DNA from: an uncultured Dehalococcoidales bacterium
GTDB taxonomy: Bacteria; Chloroflexota; Dehalococcoidia; GIF9; UBA5629
Length of the DNA stretch: 64,000 nt
Assembly: GCA_964549635.1 (NCBI GenBank)
Contig: CAZJVJ010000003.1
Span: 41,612-105,611 of the forward strand
Reading direction: 5' to 3'
Shown one piece after another: positions 18,903 to 28,890 of the stretch. A program made the translations under genes and the position numbers. The first letter of the stretch is position 1. Every line of letters starts with the position of its first letter. A model generated the notes under the pieces. That model saw nothing but the letters and a program-made list of their open reading frames with translations, ran no database searches and was not told the DNA's origin.

Positions 18903-20840
18903 ATGAGCCGAGCTAAGGAAAATAAAAATCCAGTAAAGATAACTGATCTCACTTTTCGTGATGCACACCAATCGTTGTTTGCCACACGGATGCGCACCAT
19001 AGATATGGAACCAATTGCGCCGGAGATGAATAAGGTAGGCTTCTGGTCTATGGAAGTATGGGGTGGGGCCACCTTTGATGTGATGACCCGATTTTTGAAT
19101 GAGGATCCGTGGGAAAGAGTCCGTATTTTGAAGAAGCTGATGCCTGATACAAAATTGCAAATGCTTCTCAGGGGTCAAAACCTGGTAGGTTACCGAAATT
19201 ATGCCGATGATGTAGTTGTGGCCTTTTGTCATCATGCTGCTGACTGTGGCATTGATGTCTTTCGCGTATTCGATGCCCTTAACGATGAACGCAACTTCAT
19301 AACTGCTTTCAAAGCCATCAAGGAGAAAGGAAAACATATCCAAGGTGCCTTGTGCTATTCTTTAACTGAGGCTAAATTAGGTGGTCCCATATACAATATA
19401 GATTACTACGTGAACAAAGCGCTCATCATCCAAGATATGGGAGCAGATAGTCTGTGTATTAAAGATATGGCTGGCCTAATTGCGCCGGATGATGCTTATG
19501 AGTTGATTAAGGCTCTGAAACAAACTCTAAAAATACCGGTATGTTTGCACAGCCATTTCACTAGCGGTATGGCTGATATGAGCTACTTAAAAGCAATCGA
19601 GGCTGGTGTTGATATTATTGATACGGATATCGCCCCGTTTGCTTTGCGTACTGCACATCCGGCAATAGAGCCGATTGTAGTAGCTCTCAGTGGTACTCCT
19701 AGGGATACTGGACTAGACTTAAAGCATCTACTTAAACTTGGCGAGTATTTTGAATCCATTGCCCCGAAGTATCGGGACTTTTTAGATACAACGAAGATGT
19801 CAGTTATTGATACAGGAGTGCTGTGGCATCAAATCCCTGGTGGCATGTTCAGCAATATGGTCGCCCAGCTTAAAGAGGCAAATGCCCTAGACCGTCTGCA
19901 TGATGTCTACGCCGAACTTCCAAAGACTCGAAAAGAGTTGGGCTATCCGCCATTGGTTACGCCTACCAGTCAGATTGTTGGAGTCCAAGCAGTTCAGAAT
20001 GTGCTATTTGGCAGATATAAAATGGTTTCTAAAGAAGTCAAAGATTATGTCTATGGTCTTTATGGGAAGCCGCCAGCCCCTATCGACGAAGAGGTGCAAA
20101 AGATAGTCCTCAAAGGCTATGAACGAGGTGAGAAACCTATAACCTGTCGCCCAGCGGATATTCTGGAACCGGAACTCGAAAAGGCTAGGGAAGCCACGAA
20201 GGGTATTGCCAAAGACATCGGTGATGTGCTTATTTATGCGCTGTACCCCCAAACTGGTATGCGATTCTTAAAGTGGAAATATGGTCTAGAAACACCGCCT
20301 CCAGAAACCAAACCGAAAACTTTAGAAGACGTGAAGCGCGAGGACGAGCTTATTGCCAAAGCTAAGTCTGGAAAGCTGGTGGAGAAGGTTGAGGTTAAAG
20401 CACCTGTAAAGGGAGCTGCTACAAGAACATTCAATGTCTTTATCGGTGATGAGTACTACAAAGTTGAAGTCGAACCTTTGGGTGGTGCGCTTACCCTTGC
20501 AACTCCGTATGCTTATGCTCCGTCAACCCCACCTGTATCTGCTCCAGCGGCACCAGTGCCTGTGCCCGAGGCGCCTCCAGCACCGGAGATTAAGGCAGCT
20601 CCAGCCAAGGTGGCTGTAGCTGCAGGAGAAACACCGGTGACTGCCCCAATACCAGGCACAGTAATACGGTATCTGGTTAAGGAAGGTGATGAAGTTAAAG
20701 TAGGTACTGGTATCGTAATTCTGGAAGCTATGAAGATGGAGAATGAGATAGTTTCTCCAGTTGCTGGCAAGGTTAAAGCCATAAGCTGCAAACCCGGAGA
20801 CAAAGTAGCAGGGGGCGCTGTACTTGCCATCATCGGTTAG
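18903..20840 (+). CDS. pyruvate/oxaloacetate carboxyltransferase (5S / OadA / PycB type) fused to a biotinyl carrier domain
   Basis: HMGL-like TIM-barrel N-terminus (ITDLTFRDAHQS), an Ala/Pro-rich linker and C-terminal EAMKMENEI biotinylation motif. Preceded by a GAAGGAGG RBS. Confidence 0.85.
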   Translation: MSRAKENKNPVKITDLTFRDAHQSLFATRMRTIDMEPIAPEMNKVGFWSMEVWGGATFDVMTRFLNEDPWERVRILKKLMPDTKLQMLLRGQNLVGYRNYADDVVVAFCHHAADCGIDVFRVFDALNDERNFITAFKAIKEKGKHIQGALCYSLTEAKLGGPIYNIDYYVNKALIIQDMGADSLCIKDMAGLIAPDDAYELIKALKQTLKIPVCLHSHFTSGMADMSYLKAIEAGVDIIDTDIAPFALRTAHPAIEPIVVALSGTPRDTGLDLKHLLKLGEYFESIAPKYRDFLDTTKMSVIDTGVLWHQIPGGMFSNMVAQLKEANALDRLHDVYAELPKTRKELGYPPLVTPTSQIVGVQAVQNVLFGRYKMVSKEVKDYVYGLYGKPPAPIDEEVQKIVLKGYERGEKPITCRPADILEPELEKAREATKGIAKDIGDVLIYALYPQTGMRFLKWKYGLETPPPETKPKTLEDVKREDELIAKAKSGKLVEKVEVKAPVKGAATRTFNVFIGDEYYKVEVEPLGGALTLATPYAYAPSTPPVSAPAAPVPVPEAPPAPEIKAAPAKVAVAAGETPVTAPIPGTVIRYLVKEGDEVKVGTGIVILEAMKMENEIVSPVAGKVKAISCKPGDKVAGGAVLAIIG

Positions 20841-20846
20841 AATTTA

Positions 20847-22100
20847 ATGGGTAAAACCCTAAGCGAGAAAATCTTAAGTGAAAAGTCTGGGACTAACGCA
20901 CGAGCCGGCGATATTGTTATCGCACAAGTAGATTTAGCTTTCGTTCAAGATACTACAGGCCCTTTGACCATAAGGCAGTTTAAGGAAGTCAAGGGTGGAA
21001 GGCTGGCTAACCCGCAGAAAACCGCTATTTTTTTGGATCATGCTATTCCAAGTCCTAATCGGCAATTATCTAATGACCATCAGTTTTTGCGTCAATTCGC
21101 TGAAGAAACCGGTTGCCTTATTTTTGAGGGCGGTCATGGGATATGCCATCAGCTGGTGGCTGAGATATTTGCTAGTCCGGGCGATATTATCGTTGGCGCT
21201 GACTCGCATACGGTAACTGCTGGTGGTTTGGGCGCATTCGCTACTGGTATGGGCTCAAGCGATGTTGCCGTCGTTTTGGCATTGGGCAAAACATGGTTTC
21301 GAGTGCCAGAGAGTTTCAAAATTGAAATCAGCGGCAAATTCGAAAAGTGGGTCGGGGCTAAAGATTTAGTGCTTCACCTAATTGGCGTACTTGGAGCTGA
21401 CGGAGCAACTTATAAAGCTCTAGAATTCAGCGGGGAAACTGTGGTTAATATGAATATATCGCAGCGCCTTACGATAGCTAATATGGCGGTGGAAGCTGGT
21501 GCTAAAGTTGGGCTTTTCCCCAGTGATGATGTAACTAGAAAGTATCTGTCAGCTCGAGGCAGAGCCAGCAAATACCGACCTCTAAGCCCGGATGCTGATG
21601 CCAATTATGAACGTAGCATTGCCGTTGACGTTGCTGAGCTTGAGCCATTGGTAGCCATGCCCCACTCTGTTGATAATGTTGCCCCGGCGAGGATGCTAGC
21701 CGGTACCCCAATCCACCAGGTATTCATTGGCACATGCACCAACGGTCGTCTTGAAGATTTAGCAATAGCTGCTGCTGTGCTTAAAAACAGAAAATGTCAT
21801 CCCCGAGTTAGGTTGATAGTAGCTCCAGCATCAAGGCAAATTTTGGCTGAGGCCATGAAAGCCGGTTTTATACAAACTTTGATTGCTGCTGGTGCCATCT
21901 TGTTGCCACCCGGATGTGCTGCTTGTCTTGGTCTTCACCAGGGTGTCCTTGGGGATAATGAAGTATGTGTGTCTACAGCTAACCGCAATTTTAAAGGTCG
22001 AATGGGCAATCCAGCAGCCCATATATATCTGGCTAGCCCAGCTACTGCCGCGGCTTCAGCTGTGACCGGCGAAATCACAGACCCTAGAATGATATCATGA
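20847..22100 (+). CDS. aconitase-superfamily dehydratase large subunit (LeuC/HacA archaeal type)
   Basis: 417 aa with the LSEKIL N-terminus, VQDTTGP, GADSHT and the Cys ligand region GTCTNGR...CxxC. Confidence 0.8.
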   Translation: MGKTLSEKILSEKSGTNARAGDIVIAQVDLAFVQDTTGPLTIRQFKEVKGGRLANPQKTAIFLDHAIPSPNRQLSNDHQFLRQFAEETGCLIFEGGHGICHQLVAEIFASPGDIIVGADSHTVTAGGLGAFATGMGSSDVAVVLALGKTWFRVPESFKIEISGKFEKWVGAKDLVLHLIGVLGADGATYKALEFSGETVVNMNISQRLTIANMAVEAGAKVGLFPSDDVTRKYLSARGRASKYRPLSPDADANYERSIAVDVAELEPLVAMPHSVDNVAPARMLAGTPIHQVFIGTCTNGRLEDLAIAAAVLKNRKCHPRVRLIVAPASRQILAEAMKAGFIQTLIAAGAILLPPGCAACLGLHQGVLGDNEVCVSTANRNFKGRMGNPAAHIYLASPATAAASAVTGEITDPRMIS

Positions 22101-22606
22101 AGTCTGGTTTGGTACTAAAAGGTAAGGCCTTTAAATTTGGTGATGATATCTCTACAGACCTTATTATCTCTGGAAAGTACGCGCATTTGAGGAGCAATCT
22201 GGCAGAACTGGCCAAACATGTAATGGAAGATGCCGATCCTGAGTTTGTCAAAAGGGTAAGACCCGGTGACTTTATTGTAGGTGGCAATAATTTCGGACTT
22301 GGCTCTAGTCGTGAGCATGCAGCACTGGTCATTAAAATGGCTGGTGTAAGCGCTGTCCTGGCAAAATCGGTTGCCCGCATCTTTTTCCGGAATGCTATAA
22401 ATCAGGGATTACCAGTACTTATATGCGATACAGATAAAATTGACGCTGGTGACGAAATAGAGATAAATTTAACTAAAGGTGAAATCACGGATCTAACCAG
22501 TGGAGCTCGGCTAACTTTTGGCAGAATCCCAAAAGTGATGTTGGACATCCTGGGTGAAGGAGGGCTTATCCCTTACATAAATAAATACGGTGATTTCATC
22601 ACCTGA
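22097..22606 (+). CDS. aconitase-superfamily dehydratase small subunit (LeuD/HacB archaeal type)
   Basis: 169 aa with GDDISTD.I and GSSREHA motifs. Its start overlaps the large-subunit stop by 4 nt. Confidence 0.8.
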   Translation: MKSGLVLKGKAFKFGDDISTDLIISGKYAHLRSNLAELAKHVMEDADPEFVKRVRPGDFIVGGNNFGLGSSREHAALVIKMAGVSAVLAKSVARIFFRNAINQGLPVLICDTDKIDAGDEIEINLTKGEITDLTSGARLTFGRIPKVMLDILGEGGLIPYINKYGDFIT

Positions 22607-22628
22607 TTTTTGTAAATGGCATAATGTC

Positions 22629-23732
22629 ATGACTCACAAGATAACTCTTATTCCTGGCGATGGCACTGGTCCTGAGGTTATCGAAGCGACCCGGAGGGTG
22701 TTGGAGGCCACGGGAATTAAATTTGAATGGGACGTAGTAACGGTTGGTCAGGAAGCTATGGACAGATTCGGCACACCGCTTCCTGAGTCTGTTCTTGAGT
22801 CCATCAAGAAAAACAAGGTTGCTCTTAAGGGACCAGTAACTACGCCGATTGGCACTGGCTTCAGAAGTGTCAACGTAGCTTTACGCCAGAGCTTGGACTT
22901 GTATGCTTGTCTCCGTCCATGCAAGACTTATCCTGGCGTGCCATCGCGATTTAAGGATGTTGATATCGTAGTGATTAGAGAGAATACTGAAGACCTGTAC
23001 AGCGGGATCGAATTTGCCAAGGGAAGTTCCGACGCGTTTGAACTCATGGGCCTAGTCTCCCGGGTGATAAAAACAAAGTCATGGGAAGATGCTGGATTCA
23101 GTATAAAAGTGATTTCTGAGAAAGGTTCCCGGCGAATAGTGAAGTTTGGCTTCGAATATGCCCGGGCCGAGAACAGGAAAAAAGTCAGCGTGGCCCATAA
23201 GGCTAACATCTTAAAGTTCTCCGACGGCATTTTTCTAGATGTGGCCCGCGAGGTGGCTAAGGAATATTCTGAAATAGAATTCGAGGACGTGGTTATTGAC
23301 GCCCTATGTATGCGACTTGTCATGAATCCTCAGCAGTACGATGTTATTGTTCTGCCTAATCTATACGGTGACATTGTCTCTGATCTTTGTGCTGGCCTGA
23401 TTGGTGGTTTGGGAATCGCGCCCGGGGCTAACATTGGTGATAATATGGCTGTTTTCGAACCTACCCATGGTAGCGCTCCAAAATATGCTGGTCAGAACAA
23501 AGTTAATCCAATGGCTACAATGCTCTCAGCTGTGATGATGCTTCGGCATATAAACGAAATCGAAGCCGCAGCTAGGCTAGAAAAAGCCATAGCTGAAGTG
23601 ATTGCAGAGGGGAAAAACGTTACCTATGACCTGAAATTTGATCGGAACCTACCTGCAGCAACCACTTCACAGGTTGCCGATGCAGTGATCGAGAAATTGA
23701 TAAGGAGGGATAGAAATGCGAAGCAAAGTTAG
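22629..23732 (+). CDS. isocitrate/homoisocitrate dehydrogenase-type beta-decarboxylating dehydrogenase
   Basis: [14 protein letters not shown]-terminus, [13 protein letters not shown] (IDH/HICDH-like rather than the LeuB pattern) and NLYGDI.SD. The start was chosen at M14 of the tracked ORF. Confidence 0.8.
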   Translation: MTHKITLIPGDGTGPEVIEATRRVLEATGIKFEWDVVTVGQEAMDRFGTPLPESVLESIKKNKVALKGPVTTPIGTGFRSVNVALRQSLDLYACLRPCKTYPGVPSRFKDVDIVVIRENTEDLYSGIEFAKGSSDAFELMGLVSRVIKTKSWEDAGFSIKVISEKGSRRIVKFGFEYARAENRKKVSVAHKANILKFSDGIFLDVAREVAKEYSEIEFEDVVIDALCMRLVMNPQQYDVIVLPNLYGDIVSDLCAGLIGGLGIAPGANIGDNMAVFEPTHGSAPKYAGQNKVNPMATMLSAVMMLRHINEIEAAARLEKAIAEVIAEGKNVTYDLKFDRNLPAATTSQVADAVIEKLIRRDRNAKQS

Positions 23733-24645
23733 TGTTATAGGTGCTGGCAATGTCGGGGCTACTTTAGCCCAGCGTATCGCTGAAAAAGGCTACGCTGATG
23801 TAGTGTTGGTTGACATTATTGAAGGCTTACCTCAGGGCAAGGGGTTGGATATGCTTCAAACGGGTCCAATTACAGGTTCCGATGCCAAAGTTATTGGCAC
23901 GAATTCCTACGAAGAGACTGCCAACTCGGATATTGTGGCGATCACATCAGGAGTAGCGCGGAAACCAGGCATGAGCCGTGATGATTTGGTTTTGACTAAT
24001 ATGACCATTGTAAAATCAGTAACTGAACAAGTGGTTAAATATTCGCCAAATTGCACAATTATCATGGTGACTAATCCGTTGGACGCCATGACGCAATTGG
24101 CGCTTCGTGTAAGTGGTTTCCCCCGAAATCGAGTTTTCGGTCAATCCGGCATTTTGGATACTTCTAGGTTCAGAACCTTTATAGCACAGGAACTCAACGT
24201 CTCGGTCGAAGATGTTTACGCTTGTGTTTTGGGGGGACACGGAGATACCATGGTGCCTATTCCGCGATTAACTACAGTGGCTGGCATTCCCATAACTGAG
24301 CTCCTGCCTCAAGAAACTGTAAACCGAATTGTTGACCGAACAGTCAAAGGTGGTGGCGAAATAGTTGCCCTGCTAAAGACAGGGAGCGCCTTTTATGCAC
24401 CAGCAGCGGCCACTGCGCAAATGATTGAATCTATGTTGTTGGACAAGAAAAGAATTTTGCCCTGTGCTGTGTATCTTGACGGGGAATATGGCATTAAAGG
24501 TGTGGTGGTTGGAGTACCGGCGAAGATAGGTAAAAATGGTGTTGAGCAGATAATCGAACTGAAGCTGACCCTGGAGGAAAGTGCTGCCCTCAAAAAATCG
24601 GCCGAGGCAGTTAGAGAGCTTTTGAGAGTAATGAAACTGGAGTAG
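23716..24645 (+). CDS. mdh: malate dehydrogenase (LDH-like family)
   Basis: [10 protein letters not shown], the [11 protein letters not shown] substrate loop (Arg typical of MDH) and GGHGD. An AAGGAGGG RBS precedes the start. Confidence 0.9.
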   Translation: MRSKVSVIGAGNVGATLAQRIAEKGYADVVLVDIIEGLPQGKGLDMLQTGPITGSDAKVIGTNSYEETANSDIVAITSGVARKPGMSRDDLVLTNMTIVKSVTEQVVKYSPNCTIIMVTNPLDAMTQLALRVSGFPRNRVFGQSGILDTSRFRTFIAQELNVSVEDVYACVLGGHGDTMVPIPRLTTVAGIPITELLPQETVNRIVDRTVKGGGEIVALLKTGSAFYAPAAATAQMIESMLLDKKRILPCAVYLDGEYGIKGVVVGVPAKIGKNGVEQIIELKLTLEESAALKKSAEAVRELLRVMKLE

Positions 24646-24652
24646 CTGCTCA

Positions 24653-25498
24653 ATGCGAGATATTGATTGCAAGATGATAACGGAAACGGTGGCGAATCTT
24701 TTTCAGGAAGCGTGTCTCTATTTGCCTGAAGATGTGCTTGATTCACTCAAGCAGGCGAAAGAAAGAGAGGAGTCGCCTGTGGCTAGGGACGTTCTAGATA
24801 AAATAATTGAGAACACAGAGATTGCGGTTCGAGAGGGAATTCCCTTATGTCAGGATACAGGTGCAGCAGTGGTGTTTTTAGAAGTGGGACAGGAAGTTCA
24901 CGTAGTTGGCGGTGATTTAGAGGTTTGTATAAATGAAGGAGTTCGTCAAGCGTATGAAAAGGGTTACCTGCGGAAATCTATGGTGCGCCAGCCATTCTCC
25001 GCGCGCGTCAACACGAAGGATAATACCCCAGCTATCATACATACTGAAATTACGCCTGGAGATAGACTCAAAATCAGCGTGATGCCCAAGGGCGGTGGGT
25101 CTGAAAACTGTTCTCGACTTACGGTGATGCCTCCGGCAAAAGGAAGACAGGGAATTATAGATTTCGTAGTCAACCTTGTTGAAGAGTCTGGGAGCAATCC
25201 ATGTCCACCCATTATTGTCGGCCTTGGCATAGGTGGGACAACAGACAAAGCCATGGCATTAGCCAAAAAGGCATTGCTGCGTAAGGTCGGCGAGTCAAAT
25301 CCAGACCCAGAGGTCGCTGAATTAGAGAGAGATATTCTCAAAAGGGTAAACAATTTGGGTATCGGCCCCATGGGTTATGGTGGCAGAATTACTGCTTTGG
25401 CTGTTCACGCTGAAACTTTTCCGGCTCATATTGCTAGCCTGCCCGTGGCTGTTAATATTCAGTGTTGGTGTGCCCGCCACAAGGAGGCAGTCCTGTGA
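24653..25498 (+). CDS. class I (Fe-S) fumarate hydratase, alpha subunit
   Basis: 281 aa with the Fe-S hydro-lyase alpha pattern (PLCQDTG, GGGSEN, P..VG.GIGG). Confidence 0.85.
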   Translation: MRDIDCKMITETVANLFQEACLYLPEDVLDSLKQAKEREESPVARDVLDKIIENTEIAVREGIPLCQDTGAAVVFLEVGQEVHVVGGDLEVCINEGVRQAYEKGYLRKSMVRQPFSARVNTKDNTPAIIHTEITPGDRLKISVMPKGGGSENCSRLTVMPPAKGRQGIIDFVVNLVEESGSNPCPPIIVGLGIGGTTDKAMALAKKALLRKVGESNPDPEVAELERDILKRVNNLGIGPMGYGGRITALAVHAETFPAHIASLPVAVNIQCWCARHKEAVL

Positions 25499-27204
25499 TG
25501 AGCCAAAAACATGATGTCATAGTTTTAGGCTCTGGACTTGCTGGACTGCGGGCTGCTATTGAAGCTGCTCGTCATCCAGAATTAGATGTTGCCATTATCT
25601 CCAAAGTCCAGTTAATGCGTTCTCACTCGGTCTGTGCCGAAGGGGGCACTGCTGCTGTAATGCAACCGGATGAGGGAGACAGTTTTGAGCTTCACGCCTG
25701 GGATACAGTTAGAGGTGCTGACTTCCTTTGTGATCAGGACGTCGTGAAGCGCTTCGTTGAAGAGGCACCCAAAGAGATACTGCTACTAGAACATTGGGGT
25801 ATTCCGTGGTCGCGACGACCTGATGGGCGGATTGCTCAGCGACCATTTGGTGGCCATAGCTATGACCGGGCCGTTTTTGCTGCCGATAAGACTGGATTTG
25901 CCGAAATGCAGACGCTCTACGATACTCTGCAAAAGTATGCGAATGTAAGTCGATATGACGAGTGTTACGTTACTTCGATATTGATAAGCAATAACTTGTT
26001 TTGCGGTGTGACTGTATGGGATTTGGCCAGTGGCGAGTTCTTTCTAATTCAGGGTAAGGCTTTAATTATTGCCACTGGCGGGGCCTGCCGCATGTTCGGT
26101 TTTACTACTTATTCTCTTACTGCAACTGGCGATGGCTTAGCTATGGCTTACCGGGCTGGACTGCCTATTAAAGATTTGGAGTTTGTCCAATTCCATCCTA
26201 CAGGGCTTGTACCTTCAGGTATCTTGATTACAGAAGCAGCCAGGGGTGAAGGTGGTTACCTATTAAATAACAAGAATGAAAGATTTATGGGGAAATATGC
26301 CCCATCCAAGATGGAGGTCGCTCCAAGGGATATCATTTCTCGAGCCGAGATTACGGAGATTGAAGAGGGCAGAGGGTTTCCGGGACCGGAAGGTTTGGAC
26401 TATGTTCACATTGACCTCAGACATCTTGGTGCTACAAAAATCAATGAACGGCTTCCGATGATTAGAGAAGTTGCTATGAGGTTTAATTTTATCGACCCTA
26501 TTTACCAGCCTATACCTGTTCGTCCAGCTGCCCATTATTTCATGGGGGGTATACACACCGATATCAACGGCGCTACGCCAGTAAAAGGTATCTGGGCAGC
26601 TGGAGAAGCTGCATGTGTTTCCCTTCATGGTGCCAACCGTCTCGGCTCGAACTCAACTACTGAATGCCTTGTCTGGGGAAGAATCACCGGAGATGAGGCT
26701 GCCAAGTACGCTTCCGAGCAGAAAACTATTCCTCCCCCACCGAAAACTGAAGCATTAAAAGAAGAGGAGGCGAGAGTTTTCAAACGGTTTAGTGCCCAAG
26801 GGAAAGAAAGTGCTTATGTGCTAAGAAAAGAATTACAGAGAACCATGGATAGTAAAGTCGGGGTTTTTCGCACTGAACCAGATCTAAAAATTGCCCTAAA
26901 TAAGATTCAGGAGCTAAAGCAGCGTTTACCTTCTATTAGAGTCGAAGACCGAGGTCGCATATACAACACTGATTTACTCAGTGCCCTTGAAGTTGACAAT
27001 CTGCTTGATTTGGCCGAGATCATTGTATCTGGAGCTTTGGCTCGAACTGAGTCTCGAGGAGCCCATTCCCGGCGGGACTTTCCCAACCGGGATGATGTCA
27101 ACTGGCTCAAACATACCTTAGCTTACTATACCCCGAAAGGGCCACGGCTCGATTACATTCCGGTTAATATTACCATGTGGCTGCCGGTAGAGAGAAAATA
27201 TTAG
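25498..27204 (+). CDS. sdhA: succinate dehydrogenase / fumarate reductase flavoprotein subunit
   Basis: DVIVLGSGLAGLRAA, the HS..A.GG covalent-FAD His region, HPTG and ESRGAH.R.D. Its ATG overlaps the fumarase-alpha stop (TGATG). Confidence 0.9.
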   Translation: MSQKHDVIVLGSGLAGLRAAIEAARHPELDVAIISKVQLMRSHSVCAEGGTAAVMQPDEGDSFELHAWDTVRGADFLCDQDVVKRFVEEAPKEILLLEHWGIPWSRRPDGRIAQRPFGGHSYDRAVFAADKTGFAEMQTLYDTLQKYANVSRYDECYVTSILISNNLFCGVTVWDLASGEFFLIQGKALIIATGGACRMFGFTTYSLTATGDGLAMAYRAGLPIKDLEFVQFHPTGLVPSGILITEAARGEGGYLLNNKNERFMGKYAPSKMEVAPRDIISRAEITEIEEGRGFPGPEGLDYVHIDLRHLGATKINERLPMIREVAMRFNFIDPIYQPIPVRPAAHYFMGGIHTDINGATPVKGIWAAGEAACVSLHGANRLGSNSTTECLVWGRITGDEAAKYASEQKTIPPPPKTEALKEEEARVFKRFSAQGKESAYVLRKELQRTMDSKVGVFRTEPDLKIALNKIQELKQRLPSIRVEDRGRIYNTDLLSALEVDNLLDLAEIIVSGALARTESRGAHSRRDFPNRDDVNWLKHTLAYYTPKGPRLDYIPVNITMWLPVERKY

Positions 27205-27215
27205 GGGGTTTGGTG

Positions 27216-27659
27216 ATGAAACGCATGCAACATCGGCCGAACTATCTGGGCGCCAGTGGCTGGGTGTGGGCGGGAAACTATAAAGTCGAGCGCTATCTTT
27301 ATTTACTTCATAGAATAACCGGTTTAGGAATTCTGCTTTTTCTTTTGATTCATTTGATTGTGACGACCGTTTTCCGTATCCAGGGACAGCACGTATGGGA
27401 AACTACTATGAAGATACTCCATAACCCATGGTTTAAGGTCGGTGAATATCTAGTTGTTGTTGCCTTTGTCTACCATACCTTAAACGGTCTACGGCTTATA
27501 TTACAGGAGCTGGGTTTTCTGCTGGGACGTCCCACGCCACCGATTTATCCATACAGTGACTCACTCCGTAAGAAGCGCCCTTGGACAATGGCCATGATAG
27601 CCTTAGTTATTATTTTAGTCCTTATCTTCTTTTACGATTTCCTTGCTGGAGGCTGGTGA
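27216..27659 (+). CDS. sdhC: succinate dehydrogenase membrane anchor / cytochrome b subunit
   Basis: Three predicted TM helices with conserved His (LHRITG, YHTLNG). An AGGGGG RBS precedes M14 of the tracked ORF. Confidence 0.7.
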   Translation: MKRMQHRPNYLGASGWVWAGNYKVERYLYLLHRITGLGILLFLLIHLIVTTVFRIQGQHVWETTMKILHNPWFKVGEYLVVVAFVYHTLNGLRLILQELGFLLGRPTPPIYPYSDSLRKKRPWTMAMIALVIILVLIFFYDFLAGGW

Positions 27660-28021
27660 TGCGTAATACATACTTATGGTTTGCGCAATTGGTGACTGGT
27701 ATATTAATTGCAGTGTTGCTAGGTATACACATGGTAACACAACATCTTGATGCTATTCTTAAATTTTTTGGTATCGATTTCACTGACGCGACAGCATGGG
27801 AATCAATGATTGGGCGTTCTCGCGAGGCTATATGGGCTAGTTTATATATTGCACTTCTAGCTGTTGCGCTTTATCATGCACTTAATGGGCTCAGGAATAT
27901 CATTCTGGAACTGAGTCCCTCGACCAGAATTGCGCGTATTGTCACATGGGCTATTGTGGTTTTTGGCGTGATTGCTTTTGCCTGGGGTAGTTATGTACCA
28001 ATTGCCTTGCTTTCTGTTTAG
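27659..28021 (+). CDS. sdhD: succinate dehydrogenase second membrane anchor subunit
   Basis: Three TM helices and a YHALNG motif. Its ATG overlaps the sdhC stop (GTGATG). Confidence 0.65.
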   Translation: MRNTYLWFAQLVTGILIAVLLGIHMVTQHLDAILKFFGIDFTDATAWESMIGRSREAIWASLYIALLAVALYHALNGLRNIILELSPSTRIARIVTWAIVVFGVIAFAWGSYVPIALLSV

Positions 28022-28029
28022 GAGGAAAT

Positions 28030-28866
28030 ATGAGTGAGCATATAACCAGGCAGGTAACGTTCCGAGTGCAAAGGTATAATCCTGAAGGTGGCTGTGAACC
28101 ATATATTCAGGAATTTATAGTACCATCGGGCCGTGGTATGACAGTGCTCGATGGTCTCATCTATATAAAAGAAAATCTTGATAGCAGCCTGGCGTTCCGT
28201 ACTTCATGTCGCATGGCTATCTGCGGTTCCTGTGGAATGCTTATAAACAATTACCCCCATCTTGCCTGTCATACACAAATAGAGGAATTTCGTTCAAATA
28301 CGCTAACGATTAAACCATTGCCAAACTTGGCCATTATAAAGGACTTGGTGGTTGATCTTATTCCATTCTTCGATATGCACAAGTCAATAAAACCCTACGT
28401 TATCCGACGAGATGTAGAGGAAATGGAAAATCCGACCGCTGAATTTTCTCAATCGCCGCTGGTACTGGAAGCATTGCTCCAATTTACCTATTGCGTAAAA
28501 TGTGGTATTTGTGTTTCTGCGTGTCCTACCTCAGCTAGTGACAGGCTTTTCTTTGGCCCGCAGGCTTTAGCCCAGTGTTACCGTTATTGCGCTGATACAC
28601 GAGATGAGGGTGAAGAGGAAAGGTTCTCAGTTATTGATACGGAGCATGGTGTCTGGCATTGTCATCTGGCGGGTGCTTGTTCAGAAGCGTGTCCCAAGGG
28701 GGTAGACCCGGCTCTAGCTATTCAGTTGCTAAAGAGACGACTGGTATCGCGGGCTTTAGGGATAAGCAAGAAAAAGCGACCTGCGTTGACAGTTTCACTT
28801 CCAAACCACCAAAGTAAACCAAAGGTTCCCTTCCCTGAGTTTACTGTGACAAGTCCTGAATCGTAA
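28030..28866 (+). CDS. sdhB: succinate dehydrogenase / fumarate reductase iron-sulfur subunit
   Basis: 2Fe-2S CRMAICGSCG, CVKCGICVSACP and C....CP cluster motifs. Confidence 0.9.
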   Translation: MSEHITRQVTFRVQRYNPEGGCEPYIQEFIVPSGRGMTVLDGLIYIKENLDSSLAFRTSCRMAICGSCGMLINNYPHLACHTQIEEFRSNTLTIKPLPNLAIIKDLVVDLIPFFDMHKSIKPYVIRRDVEEMENPTAEFSQSPLVLEALLQFTYCVKCGICVSACPTSASDRLFFGPQALAQCYRYCADTRDEGEEERFSVIDTEHGVWHCHLAGACSEACPKGVDPALAIQLLKRRLVSRALGISKKKRPALTVSLPNHQSKPKVPFPEFTVTSPES

Positions 28867-28890
28867 TAGGTCTCTTACCTGGAGGAACAG

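Noticed and set aside
20500-20640. Ala/Pro-rich repetitive coding stretch (APSTPPVSAPAAPVPVPEAPPAPEIKAAPAKVA)
   Set aside because: This is the typical flexible linker preceding biotinyl/lipoyl domains. It is not a DNA repeat element or an independent feature.
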